From: an archaeon
GTDB lineage: Archaea > Nanobdellota > Nanobdellia > Pacearchaeales > GW2011-AR1
Length of the DNA stretch: 51,706 bases
Direction of reading: 5' to 3'
Assembly: GCA_043822125.1 (NCBI GenBank)
Contig: JBDRCB010000010.1
Coordinates: 1-51,706, forward strand
Positions 1 through 9,795 of the stretch are shown here, piece by piece. The position numbers and the translations under genes are program-made. How positions within the stretch are numbered: the stretch's first letter is position 1; every line of letters begins with the position of its first letter. The notes under the pieces were generated by a model, which was not told the DNA's origin, ran no database searches, and saw nothing but the letters and a program-made list of their open reading frames with translations.

Positions 1-3000
1 AAGGGGTTGCAGATTTGAATGCGACGATAAAATATGATTATGCAGGAGGTGAAAAAGAAAGAAAGGCAGAATGGGAAATTGAAGAAGGAAGTGCAATTCC
101 TATTTTAGAAGTTGTCAGGGAAACACCGACGGTGATTGGAACAAGCACAGAATTTGTTTCAAAGTTGGCGGTTTATAACAAGGGATGTGCTGATGCAAGC
201 ACAATAAGTTTGACAGAAAAAGTCGGCTCTGGATGGATAGCGTATACACCTTCTATTGACAATGTTCTTGGAGGAATTGCAGATATTCCTAGAGGAGAAA
301 TAAGATATACAACAAGTGATTTGGAAACAATAAGAGCTGGAGAATACAAGGTTCTTTCTTATCTTATGCTGTCTCCTTCTGAACTCAATGATGAAGGAAC
401 ATTAAGATATAATTTAACTTGGGGTTCTAGAAATAAATATGAATCCTCTGATTATGAATTAAGCACATTTATGTATGCAAATGAATCCCGCCTTTTTTAC
501 AGCATAAGCACTGTTGATAGCTTCAAACATCGTTCAGCAGAGGCAAATGATAATATTTTATATGAATTCAATGTGACAAATGTGGGAGATTTGAACATAG
601 CAAACTCGACGTGGAATGTATCTCTTTCAATTCCTGTGCAGTGCGAGGCATCAAATTTCACTGGAAGTTTCAACGATACAACAAGAAAAATAATGTGGAA
701 TCTCGGAAGTTTAAATGTCGGAAGCACAAATTCATTTTATTTTAACTTAAACTGCACAGAAGAAAATAAATATGTTTTGAGAGCAGAAGGAATAAATGAC
801 ACAAGAGCGAGCTTGATGGTTGCAAATGGAAATGCAGGACTTGGATGCTCTGGGGCAAGTTGTGATACAGAAACCTCATTTACATTTACAGAACCTTCTG
901 AACTCAGATACAAAGAGCATTCGAGAATTGATATGAAAGTATATTATGAATGGACAGGCTATAGAATCACAGTCGGAGAAGGGCTTGTTGGACTGCGTGA
1001 TGCAAGTGGAAATGAATTAATTCAATGGCAGAATTATTCTCTGAATTCTTCTGGAAGTTCAGGAACTGTTTGGGTGAATTATACTTTAGATGAATCAGAA
1101 AAAAGCAATTTCCAGAGTGGTATTGGAAACTTTAGTTATGATTTGCATATAAGGAGTTATACAAATGCTACATCTAGTCCATCTGGAAATGTGACTGTGG
1201 TTGCGATTAATAATTTATGGGATTATGGAAAATTATTCAATGAAACTCAGGATTTATTTATTGACATACACTCATTTATTTTTGATTTACCGACGCCAGT
1301 GCTTCAAACTCCTCTGAATGATTCACTTCAGGCAGCAACTCCTATTGGACTTTCTTGGGAGGCGATTTCTGCCCCTGGAGAAATAACTATAACTTATTAT
1401 GTATATGGAGATGACACAGATGCATCAACATTATTAGAAACAACGACGGAGAATCTTTATTTGTGGAGAGAGTTAGGGGAACAGCAAGGAGTATTCTATT
1501 GGAAAATTATTGCCAGCGACGGAACTTCAAATGCAACATCTGAAGTGAGGCAATTTACTCTTGATACTTGTCAGCCAAATCCAAATTATGCTTATGCTTC
1601 GAATTATCCTATGGGTTACGACGAGGCGACAGATACAATCACTGTCTGGGGAAGCAATGGAAGTGCAGGCAAGACACCAATGGGAAACAACGAGAGTAGT
1701 CCTATAATTTTTGAAAGAATTTTTGAATTTGGGCAGGCAGCGAGGGGTATTTGCGCTGTGACAAAACCAGCATCAGGAACTTATGCTGTTTTAAGCAGAT
1801 TAGAATTAGGAAATGTAACAGATGCATTGAATACCACATTTGTAAAAACAACAGGAGAATCAATAAGCTTCAGCAAACAGATTCAGCTGAATTTCAATGC
1901 AACTTTAATTTCAGGACAACTAACATCAGGAGGCTCTCCATTTGCAGGTTCAACTCTTTCATTTTCAGGATTAGACGCGACTGATAGTGAAGAAGGGCAA
2001 TTTTATTTAAAGGACGGCTCTAAATTAAGATTGTATAACACAGGTGTATCTCATACAATAGATGCAAATAATTCCGCTCCTTTTAGATTATATTGGAATG
2101 GGGACACAATTGCAAAAGCGAGCACACTACAAAACTGGTATACAGTAAGATTTTTAGGAAGCAACAACACAATTGATAATTTGATTTTAACTAACATGGG
2201 AGAAGGATTTTTCCCTGCATCAACGCAAGTGGGAACATTGACAAACATAAAGCCGAGTGGAATTCAAACAGGAGGGCTTGTTCTTGAAGGAGATTCTAAT
2301 GTAATTATAACAGGACTTGAAATTGCAGAATCTGGAAATGATGTTTTAATAATTAGTTACAATGGCACTACAAATTTAATCAATCCTGTTTTGAATTTTA
2401 GCAATTTGAATTGGACAGAAGGAAGTTTTGACGGAAGCATAAACAGAAAGCACACTTATCTTGCGACTGTTACTGATTCAACTGGGGCTGTTTTAGCAAA
2501 TACTACTCTGGTACTGATTGATGTGAGAGGAGATGTTATATTCAGTTTGACAACAGACTCCAACGGGCAGATATCTTCTCAAACAATTACAAGGGCGATT
2601 TATGATTATGCACACAAAACAGGAGATGAAAGAGGACCTCATTTGTTGCTTGTTAAAAAATTCCAGAAAAGGTTCCAAGAGAATGCTAAATCGTTTTCAG
2701 CAGCGACAGTTGAAACTCTTCAGGTATCTGATAATGGTTTCTCTACACTTTCAGAGGCAGAAGTTTTAGCACTGACTGGATTAGATTATTATCCTCCTAC
2801 AAAAGTAAGTTATGGAGAAGAAACTAATTCCTCATGGACAACTGCCGGGCAATTAGCACATTATCCAGTGGATAGCTGTCAGTATTATGCTTTATTTGCA
2901 AATGGAACAAAATTGGTTGAAGGAACAAATTATTCATTAAATAAGCAGACAGGATTAATCGGTTTTGACACAAATATGGATGGTTATAATGTGTCTGCTG

Positions 3001-6000
3001 TTTATTATTATGGAGGAAGCATAAATGTTACAAATGGAATTACAATTGCAAATGCTTTTTCCCTGAATCAGATTTATGATTTTATGCAGTATGAAACAGC
3101 ACTGAATAATCTTTCAGAGGAGCTTACAACTGTTGATGGCTTGGCATATCAGTTCTGTGTTGACCTTTCAGTAGGAAATGAAACAGACGGAGGAAGTATA
3201 CAGGATGCTAGTAAGACAATATCATTTAATCCAGGTTATGATGTTAGGACAGGGGAAGCAGGGGCAATTATTGACTTGGCAGGAGTCGGGGGTGCAGGAA
3301 TTATCGGAGCAATTCAGATTGCAAAAGCTCAGGTTATAGAAGGAGAATGGCAGACAGTTTATGTAAGTATGTCAAATGATTTAGGACAGCCACTTACTGG
3401 AAGAAATATCTACGGAATGGTTCATTATCCAAATGGAAGCATATGGATTGATGCAACATTATTTGAAGAAGTGGGAGATTTTGGACTTTATAAATTTGAA
3501 TTTCAAATACCTGTTGGACATGCTCCTTTTGGAGTTTATGCTGCTCATATAACTTCTATTGGAGTTAATGAAGTGAGAGTATTTGAATATATTCCTGAAT
3601 CAGATATTATAGTGAGAGACCATCTTGACACTAACCAATTTCTTGATTGGGTTTATGCTCCTATAATGAATAGTTCAGAAATATGGCTGTACCCTACTAT
3701 TGAAAATCAGCATAATTATGCACTTAATTTATCACAGTATTATTTATGGAATAATAATTATTTTTTCTTCATAGGAGGAAAATTAAAAAGCAGTCTTGAT
3801 GCGATGATGATTTATGAAGAAGAACCAGCAAATCAATTTAAAATAGATAGAATAAATGAAACAACTATAAACAACTGGACATATTCAGGAGATATTTTTA
3901 ATATTAGTTTAGATGGTTCTAGAAAATATGAAGGAAGTTATTCTATAAATATTACTTTAAATTATTCAACAGGAATTGGGGCAGTTTCAAGAAATTTTTC
4001 CAGTGTAAATTTATCTTCGCAGTTTTCACCAGAGCTTCTTATTCACACTTCTGTTGCAATGCTTGATACAAATTTGTATCTGCCAGACCTTGTCGGCATA
4101 AAGAATATTTCTATGAAACTAAAAACTGACGAAGAAAATTATTATTTATTGTCAGGAAATCTCTCTTATTGGAAAATTCATAGATATGGATGGAATTCAC
4201 TGAAAGTAACACTGCCTTATGATGCACAGGAGATTGGTGTCCCAGATATGACTGATATATCTGGATATGAAGTTATTTTTGAGCATAATTATACTACTCC
4301 TACTAGAATTAATTTAGATAATCTTCATATTAATAGATTTGATTATGTTCCTTGGGAGCAATGGGGATTCAGAGACCAAGCAGATGGAGTTACTGTATAT
4401 TGGTGGAATGGAAATCAAAGATTTAATATTAATGCATTAGAAAGCAGAAATGCTTTTGTAAAAATTTATTCTCCGCAATACGAGTATTTAACTATGTGGC
4501 ATAATCAATATCCAAATGATGCTTATATCACACAACAGTATAATGCAATGATGAATGCTGAATTTTATTATGAGCATTGGATTGCTGAAGAAAAAGCATT
4601 TAATTATCTGCAGGCACTTCCTGAACAATTGCTGTATATTATTTCAAGTTTGTCTGGCTCATATACAAAAGGAGATGTTGCGAATTTGAATCTGCTTACA
4701 ACAGATATTTCCGGAGCATTGGTAAGTTCAAGTGTTTTCATTAACATAACTTATCCGAATGGGACAACTTTCTTATCAGGAACTCCGACAGAATATGGAA
4801 CAGGAAGGTATAATTATACTTTCATAATACCGACGAGTGTTATAGAAGGAGATTATCTTGTAAAAATAAATGCAAATTATTCTGGAAGAAATGCAAGCGA
4901 CATTAAAACCTTTTCTGTTTTGAATTCAACAAGTAGTGATTCAGGAGGACTTCCGTTGAGTATTATGAGTGGAGTCGGTTCAAAATACGCACCAGGAGAA
5001 ACTGTTTATATAATTTCAACAGCAATAGATTCGTCTGGAAATTTAGTTAATGCAAGTGTGAGTAATTCATTGTATTATCCAAATGGAAGTTTCATGACTT
5101 CAGGAGAGGGAGTGCAAATTTCAGAGGGAAGAACAAGATATAATTATACCCTTCCTTCTAATACTCCAGAAGGAGATTATTATGTAGTTATTGATGCAGA
5201 ATACTTGGGGAACACTGCACATGAAAATTTGGTATTTCAAGTTGGATATTCAACAGTAGGTGCAGGCGGACTTGCACTTAATATGTTTAATTCTGTGGGT
5301 TCGATTTATTCTCCTGGAAATGCCGTCAGACTGTTTACAACAACAGTAAATTCTTCAGGGGCACTTGTAAATTCAACAGTAGATGCAAATGTTTATTATC
5401 CAAATGGAAGTCTGCTTAATTCAGGAGAATCTGATTTAATCTCAGCAGGAAGATTTGAATATAATTTCACCGCTCCAATAATAGAAGGGACTTACAGAAT
5501 TGAAGTTGATGCTAATTATTCTGATGACGAGGCACACAGCACAGAAGCATTTGTCGTCGCTGTTGGAGGTGCAGGAGGAGAAGGAGATGCATCTGTTCCT
5601 AGAATTCAGGTTGAAGCACCTGCAATTGTCAGCACAAACACAAATTTCAGCATAACTACTTTATCAACAAATGAAAATGGGTATGCAACAAGTTGTAACA
5701 CACCAGCATTATTAACAATCAAAAATCTTTTAACAGGAGAGAATTTTTTATCAGGCAGCGAGATGACAAATTTTGGAACAGGATTATATAATTATACTTA
5801 TTCTGTAAATGCGTCTTCTAGTTATCTTGCGATAGTTGAATGCACAATATTAGGAGTGCCATATTATGGAATAAAGTCTTTCTCAACACAGGGAGTTCCA
5901 TTCCCTACTGGAAATTACATTGAACTGACTGGATATTCAGAAGTTTTAACAGAAGATGATTACAAGGCAAAGTTGTATGTGTTTGATTTAAACGGTGTGC

Positions 6001-6944
6001 CTGTAAATGCAGATACAACTCCTAAAGTAACCCTATACGATGCATCAGGAAATACTATTGTAGAAGAGGTTTCAATGACACCTGATTCAACAGGGACTTA
6101 TTCTTACAGCTATACAACTTCTTCAGGGCAGATAGAAGGAAACTGGGAGACTAATGTGACTTTAAGTGTTAATGGAATTAATTATCAAAAGACGCATTTC
6201 TGGAAACTTATGGGGGGAATTTTTGATGTAAGGGACATTACAATAATTAATCCAGCTGTAGATGGTTTGCAGATAAGTGTGGTGACAGAAAATGTTGGAG
6301 GAACTCCGAAAGATTTGTATTTAGAATGGCAGTTGAGGAGAGTTGATACTGATGAATTGTTAAGAGCAGGTGCTGATACTTTTGCGGTTGGGGCATTTTC
6401 TGAGAGAGTCTGGACAATTTCTCCGACGATAAGTTATGTTGGAGAAGTAGAGATAACTTTTGTGGGAACCCCTCTACCAGTTGGTTCAGGCGACAGAGCA
6501 GGAGCATACACAACATTCAGCACAACAGAAGGAGCTGTTGAGCCACCAGTTACTCCTCCATCTGCAGGAGGCAGTTCAGGAGGAGTTCCAACACCGTCGG
6601 TTATTGTTCCAATTCCTACTCCAGAAGAAGAGGTTCCAGAAGTACCTGAAGAAGCTCCTGAAAAACCAGAAGAAGAGGTATCAGAATTACCTGAAGAAGC
6701 TCCTGCAGTTTGTAAATTTAAATTTATTTTCTGCTGGTATTGGTGGATAGTTATAATTTTAGGGTTAATTGGATTAATAGCCTTGATTAAGATAATTATC
6801 AGAAAAAAAATAATGAGAATAACTTTTAATTTTATGAAATCAAGAAGATATGCAGGACACCCGAGAAAAATTAAGAAAATATTCAGAAAAAGAAGAGAAG
6901 GGGAAGATTTAAATAAATTAGTTCGTTATATAAAAAATAAATAA
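1..6944 (+). CDS. Giant cell-surface protein with Ig-like repeats, Pro/Glu linker and C-terminal membrane anchor (5'-truncated)
   Basis: 2309-aa ORF whose frame stays open to the window edge. Rich in S/T/N/G with many N-x-S/T sequons, recurring YPNG[ST] units, a PEEEVPEVPEEAP linker, TM helix WWIVIILGLIGLIALIKIII and a basic tail. Confidence 0.8.
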   Translation, partial: GVADLNATIKYDYAGGEKERKAEWEIEEGSAIPILEVVRETPTVIGTSTEFVSKLAVYNKGCADASTISLTEKVGSGWIAYTPSIDNVLGGIADIPRGEIRYTTSDLETIRAGEYKVLSYLMLSPSELNDEGTLRYNLTWGSRNKYESSDYELSTFMYANESRLFYSISTVDSFKHRSAEANDNILYEFNVTNVGDLNIANSTWNVSLSIPVQCEASNFTGSFNDTTRKIMWNLGSLNVGSTNSFYFNLNCTEENKYVLRAEGINDTRASLMVANGNAGLGCSGASCDTETSFTFTEPSELRYKEHSRIDMKVYYEWTGYRITVGEGLVGLRDASGNELIQWQNYSLNSSGSSGTVWVNYTLDESEKSNFQSGIGNFSYDLHIRSYTNATSSPSGNVTVVAINNLWDYGKLFNETQDLFIDIHSFIFDLPTPVLQTPLNDSLQAATPIGLSWEAISAPGEITITYYVYGDDTDASTLLETTTENLYLWRELGEQQGVFYWKIIASDGTSNATSEVRQFTLDTCQPNPNYAYASNYPMGYDEATDTITVWGSNGSAGKTPMGNNESSPIIFERIFEFGQAARGICAVTKPASGTYAVLSRLELGNVTDALNTTFVKTTGESISFSKQIQLNFNATLISGQLTSGGSPFAGSTLSFSGLDATDSEEGQFYLKDGSKLRLYNTGVSHTIDANNSAPFRLYWNGDTIAKASTLQNWYTVRFLGSNNTIDNLILTNMGEGFFPASTQVGTLTNIKPSGIQTGGLVLEGDSNVIITGLEIAESGNDVLIISYNGTTNLINPVLNFSNLNWTEGSFDGSINRKHTYLATVTDSTGAVLANTTLVLIDVRGDVIFSLTTDSNGQISSQTITRAIYDYAHKTGDERGPHLLLVKKFQKRFQENAKSFSAATVETLQVSDNGFSTLSEAEVLALTGLDYYPPTKVSYGEETNSSWTTAGQLAHYPVDSCQYYALFANGTKLVEGTNYSLNKQTGLIGFDTNMDGYNVSAVYYYGGSINVTNGITIANAFSLNQIYDFMQYETALNNLSEELTTVDGLAYQFCVDLSVGNETDGGSIQDASKTISFNPGYDVRTGEAGAIIDLAGVGGAGIIGAIQIAKAQVIEGEWQTVYVSMSNDLGQPLTGRNIYGMVHYPNGSIWIDATLFEEVGDFGLYKFEFQIPVGHAPFGVYAAHITSIGVNEVRVFEYIPESDIIVRDHLDTNQFLDWVYAPIMNSSEIWLYPTIENQHNYALNLSQYYLWNNNYFFFIGGKLKSSLDAMMIYEEEPANQFKIDRINETTINNWTYSGDIFNISLDGSRKYEGSYSINITLNYSTGIGAVSRNFSSVNLSSQFSPELLIHTSVAMLDTNLYLPDLVGIKNISMKLKTDEENYYLLSGNLSYWKIHRYGWNSLKVTLPYDAQEIGVPDMTDISGYEVIFEHNYTTPTRINLDNLHINRFDYVPWEQWGFRDQADGVTVYWWNGNQRFNINALESRNAFVKIYSPQYEYLTMWHNQYPNDAYITQQYNAMMNAEFYYEHWIAEEKAFNYLQALPEQLLYIISSLSGSYTKGDVANLNLLTTDISGALVSSSVFINITYPNGTTFLSGTPTEYGTGRYNYTFIIPTSVIEGDYLVKINANYSGRNASDIKTFSVLNSTSSDSGGLPLSIMSGVGSKYAPGETVYIISTAIDSSGNLVNASVSNSLYYPNGSFMTSGEGVQISEGRTRYNYTLPSNTPEGDYYVVIDAEYLGNTAHENLVFQVGYSTVGAGGLALNMFNSVGSIYSPGNAVRLFTTTVNSSGALVNSTVDANVYYPNGSLLNSGESDLISAGRFEYNFTAPIIEGTYRIEVDANYSDDEAHSTEAFVVAVGGAGGEGDASVPRIQVEAPAIVSTNTNFSITTLSTNENGYATSCNTPALLTIKNLLTGENFLSGSEMTNFGTGLYNYTYSVNASSSYLAIVECTILGVPYYGIKSFSTQGVPFPTGNYIELTGYSEVLTEDDYKAKLYVFDLNGVPVNADTTPKVTLYDASGNTIVEEVSMTPDSTGTYSYSYTTSSGQIEGNWETNVTLSVNGINYQKTHFWKLMGGIFDVRDITIINPAVDGLQISVVTENVGGTPKDLYLEWQLRRVDTDELLRAGADTFAVGAFSERVWTISPTISYVGEVEITFVGTPLPVGSGDRAGAYTTFSTTEGAVEPPVTPPSAGGSSGGVPTPSVIVPIPTPEEEVPEVPEEAPEKPEEEVSELPEEAPAVCKFKFIFCWYWWIVIILGLIGLIALIKIIIRKKIMRITFNFMKSRRYAGHPRKIKKIFRKRREGEDLNKLVRYIKNK
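6621..6706 (+). repeat. 45-bp-period coding repeat (PEEEVPEVPEEAP / PEEEVSELPEEAP)
   Basis: ccagaagaagaggt..cagaa.tacctgaagaagctcctg occurs twice. Confidence 0.8.
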
Positions 6945-6945
6945 G

Positions 6946-7212
6946 ATGGTGAAGAAAATAAAGAAAAGAGGCAAAAAATCTAAACCTGAGAAAAAGGTGA
7001 CTGGGTATACTGAAGATATAAAAAAGGATATTAGAAAAGTGAAAAAATTGTATCAGAAGAAAATTGCAGATGAAAAAAGATTTGAAAAAAACCGGAAAAA
7101 TTTTATGGAAAATAAAGAAAAAGTGCTGAAGGAATTGGAAAATCTTAAAGAGAAAAAAAAATTAGAAAAAGAAAATTTAACTAAATTAATTAGTTATGTG
7201 AAGAAAAAATAA
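6946..7212 (+). CDS. Small Lys-rich coiled-coil-like protein
   Basis: 88-aa ORF separated by 1 bp from each neighbour. Confidence 0.7.
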   Translation: MVKKIKKRGKKSKPEKKVTGYTEDIKKDIRKVKKLYQKKIADEKRFEKNRKNFMENKEKVLKELENLKEKKKLEKENLTKLISYVKKK

Positions 7213-7213
7213 A

Positions 7214-8017
7214 ATGGTGAGGAGAAAAAATGTTATTGCAGTGATGTCTCCGAAGGGAGGAGTTGGAAAGACAATTACAACAGCTAATCTTGCTGCTGCA
7301 CTTGCTACTGAGTTCGATAAAAAAATTTTGACAATAGATACGAATGTTTCAACTTCTTCTTTAGGACTGCACTTTGATATTTTCTACCCTAAAAAAACTC
7401 TGCATGATATAACCGATAAAAAAACACAAAAAAAATCCATTCACATTTATCACAGAAATCTGCATATTATTCCCTCCTGCATTAAAATAAAAAAAAGGCG
7501 AGATAAAGATGTTTTAACCATGAGGAGAAATATTGAAAAGATAACAAGGCAATATGATAAGATGCTGAGTGAATTTTCCAAAGAATATGATTTGATTTTG
7601 CTTGACTGCGCCCCTGGTTATGATTTAGAGACTATTGCTGCGATGCGAGTTGCGGGAGGTTTGCTGTTAGTGACTAATCCAGAATATCCTGCAATTGTTA
7701 CAGCTACCCGTGCGATTGAATATGCAAAATTAATGGGAGTTCCGTTGGGAGGGATAGTTCTAAACAAAGTAACTAAGGAAAAATACGAACTTGTAAAAGA
7801 GGATATTGAGAATGCCCTGAAAGTTAAGGTTATTGAACAGATACCTTTTGACAAAAAAATTCCAGAATCAATTGCTAAAAAAGTTCCTGTTGTGCTGTTT
7901 AAACCAAGAGCTAAATCAAGCATTGCCTACAAAAAATTAGCAGCGTCTTTAGTCGGAGAGACATATCCTCTTGGATTTTTTGATAGAATAGGAAAATTCT
8001 TTAGAAAGAGTTCTTGA
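7214..8017 (+). CDS. minD: MinD/ParA-family ATPase
   Basis: Deviant Walker A PKGGVGKT, ILLDCAPG, GIVLNKV, IPFD and a C-terminal amphipathic GFFDRIGKFF helix. Confidence 0.85.
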   Translation: MVRRKNVIAVMSPKGGVGKTITTANLAAALATEFDKKILTIDTNVSTSSLGLHFDIFYPKKTLHDITDKKTQKKSIHIYHRNLHIIPSCIKIKKRRDKDVLTMRRNIEKITRQYDKMLSEFSKEYDLILLDCAPGYDLETIAAMRVAGGLLLVTNPEYPAIVTATRAIEYAKLMGVPLGGIVLNKVTKEKYELVKEDIENALKVKVIEQIPFDKKIPESIAKKVPVVLFKPRAKSSIAYKKLAASLVGETYPLGFFDRIGKFFRKSS

Positions 8018-8061
8018 CTTATTATAATAAAATTTATATATCTTCTTTGCAGGAATTTTTA

Positions 8062-8202
8062 ATGGGAGATGTTTTGTGCACAGCTATGGGGGTGCTTGAT
8101 ATTCTTGCAGGAGTGCTGATAATATTCGGATTTGGAATAAACTTTTTTGCAGTTATTATCGGATTGCTGATGATTGGAAAAGGAGTTTTTAGCTTTTTGT
8201 AA
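8062..8202 (+). CDS. Small membrane protein
   Basis: Hydrophobic MGDVLCTAMGVLDILAGVLII...; ATG at 8062 follows a tttata box. Confidence 0.6.
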   Translation: MGDVLCTAMGVLDILAGVLIIFGFGINFFAVIIGLLMIGKGVFSFL

Positions 8203-8850
8203 TTATCTGCTTTTTGTTATGTTATTTTTTTGGCAGTATTTTTCTATAGGACATTTACTGCACAAAGGAGAAACTGGCTGGCAGATTGTTTTTCCGAAGA
8301 GAACGAAAATCCCGTTGAATTCATTCCAATATTTTTTAGGAAGAATTTTTTCAAGTTCTTTTTCTGTCTGCTCAGGAGTTTTTGTTTTTACCCAACCGAT
8401 GCGATTGGGAATCCTATGGCAGTGAGTGTCGACTGGAATTACAGATTTTCCAAATGCAAATGCGAGGACTATGTTTGCTGTTTTAGGTCCGATTCCCTTG
8501 ATTGACAACAGCTCTTCTTTTGAATTAGGAACTTTTGAGTTGTATTTTTTAATTAATATTTTTGAAACATACTGAATTGTCCTCGCCTTTTTTTTATAAT
8601 GTCCAGAGGAGAAAATTATTTTTTCAAGTTTCTTTACCGGTATTTGCAAGATTTTTTTAGGTGTGTCAGCGACGGCAAAGAGTTTTTCTGAAACTTTTTC
8701 TGTGTTTTCATCTCTTGCGCGGAGAGATAGAAGACATGCAATAAGAACTTTGTAAGGATTTGGTTTCTCTCTCATGCGGTTTAAGGTAGTTCTTTCTGTG
8801 TAATTGAAATGTTTGCTGAGGATTTTCATAATTTTTGGAATGTTTTTCAT
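8203..8850 (-). CDS. nth: Endonuclease III (HhH-GPD glycosylase with 4Fe-4S cluster)
   Basis: LLSIKGIGPKTA, PVDTHCHRI, CQPVSPLCSKCPIEKYC. Confidence 0.95.
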   Translation of the reverse strand: MKNIPKIMKILSKHFNYTERTTLNRMREKPNPYKVLIACLLSLRARDENTEKVSEKLFAVADTPKKILQIPVKKLEKIIFSSGHYKKKARTIQYVSKILIKKYNSKVPNSKEELLSIKGIGPKTANIVLAFAFGKSVIPVDTHCHRIPNRIGWVKTKTPEQTEKELEKILPKKYWNEFNGIFVLFGKTICQPVSPLCSKCPIEKYCQKNNITKSR

Positions 8851-8897
8851 TTTGTGTTAAAAATATTTTTGAGTTTTACTACGTTCGAATCTAATTA

Positions 8898-9097
8898 CGC
8901 TCCCGCCGAGATTCGAACTCGGGTCACCGCCGTTCTCCATAATTAAAAAGCAGTTGCGTTGAGACGCTAGGTTGTGGACTCTCGTCGAGTTTTGACCCTG
9001 CTTATTTATTTAATCAGAGCCTTGAGTTTCCTCAATGAAACAGTAACATAGTCACTGTTTGAGAGGGCGGCATTCTTGGCCTCTGAACTACGGGAGC
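8898..9097 (-). tRNA. tRNA-Glu(CTC) with 127-nt intron at 37/38 (intron 8933-9059)
   Basis: 5' exon GCTCCCGTAGTTCAGAGGCCAAGAATGCCGCCCTCTCA; 3' exon CGGCGGTGACCCGAGTTCGAATCTCGGCGGGAGC. The stems pair, and CUCU/GGAG forms a helix with 3-nt bulges (BHB-like). Confidence 0.92.
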
Positions 9098-9180
9098 TTA
9101 GAGAGATATACTCTCGTTTTGAAATTTTAATGAAACTCCGTTCTTTAAAAATAAAGAAAAATAGTTTATAAATTTTTAAT

Positions 9181-9435
9181 TTACTTTATCAGAAAAACTT
9201 TGTCATTCGGCCGCACTTTTTCTGGAACTTTTATCCCGATGTGCTCTCCTTTTTTTGCTTCATTCACATCTTTTTTGTTTACTTGTATTCCTTCTACTTC
9301 CTGCTCAAAATCTGTTGTGTGACCTTTTATGTGGATTTTATTGCCGACTTTCAGTTTTCCAGAAAGTTTTATGGCAGCAACTTCCACATGACTAAAGTAA
9401 CTGGAAACTACTCCAATTTCTTTTTCTTCCATCAT
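9181..9435 (-). CDS. Small EF-Tu domain II-like beta-barrel protein
   Basis: IGVVSSYFSHVEVAAIKL...KGHTTDFEQ...GIKVPEKVRPNDKVF. Confidence 0.7.
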   Translation of the reverse strand: MMEEKEIGVVSSYFSHVEVAAIKLSGKLKVGNKIHIKGHTTDFEQEVEGIQVNKKDVNEAKKGEHIGIKVPEKVRPNDKVFLIK

Positions 9436-9640
9436 GTATTTCATAGGATAAAAGGATATATAAATTTAGCGATAGATAGTTTTTAATACTTTTAAGAATA
9501 TAAATAAATCTTAAATAAAGTATTTAATCTCTTTTATGAGCAGATAAAATATAGAACTCTAAGCCGACGTCGCTACGGCGGTTTAGTTGGAAGATTTCGC
9601 AGGAAATCTTTTTCAAGTTGTTGAACATTTTCAGAAAGAA

Positions 9641-9736
9641 AAAGCCCTGTAGTACAAGCAAAAGTTTAACAACTTTTACTTCGTTCGTATGTTATACATC
9701 CAAACGAGCGGATGATACATAAAGCCCTGTAGTACA
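9641..9736 (+). repeat. 16-bp direct repeat of the tRNA-Gln 5' end
   Basis: aaagccctgtagtaca at 9641-9656 and 9721-9736. Confidence 0.9.
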
Positions 9737-9795
9737 GCGGTCAAGTATGCGAGACTCTGGCTCTCGTGACCCAGGTTCGAATCCTGGCAGGGCTA
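9723..9795 (+). tRNA. tRNA-Gln(CTG)
   Basis: AGCCCTG/CAGGGCT acceptor stem, CGAGA-CTCTGGC-TCTCG anticodon arm, CCAGG-TTCGAAT-CCTGG T arm. Confidence 0.95.

Noticed and set aside
8933-9059. Hammerhead ribozyme or box C/D guide within the tRNA-Glu intron
   Set aside because: CUGAUUA and GAAAC are present, but the CUGANGA core is not matched and there is no clear RUGAUGA box C.
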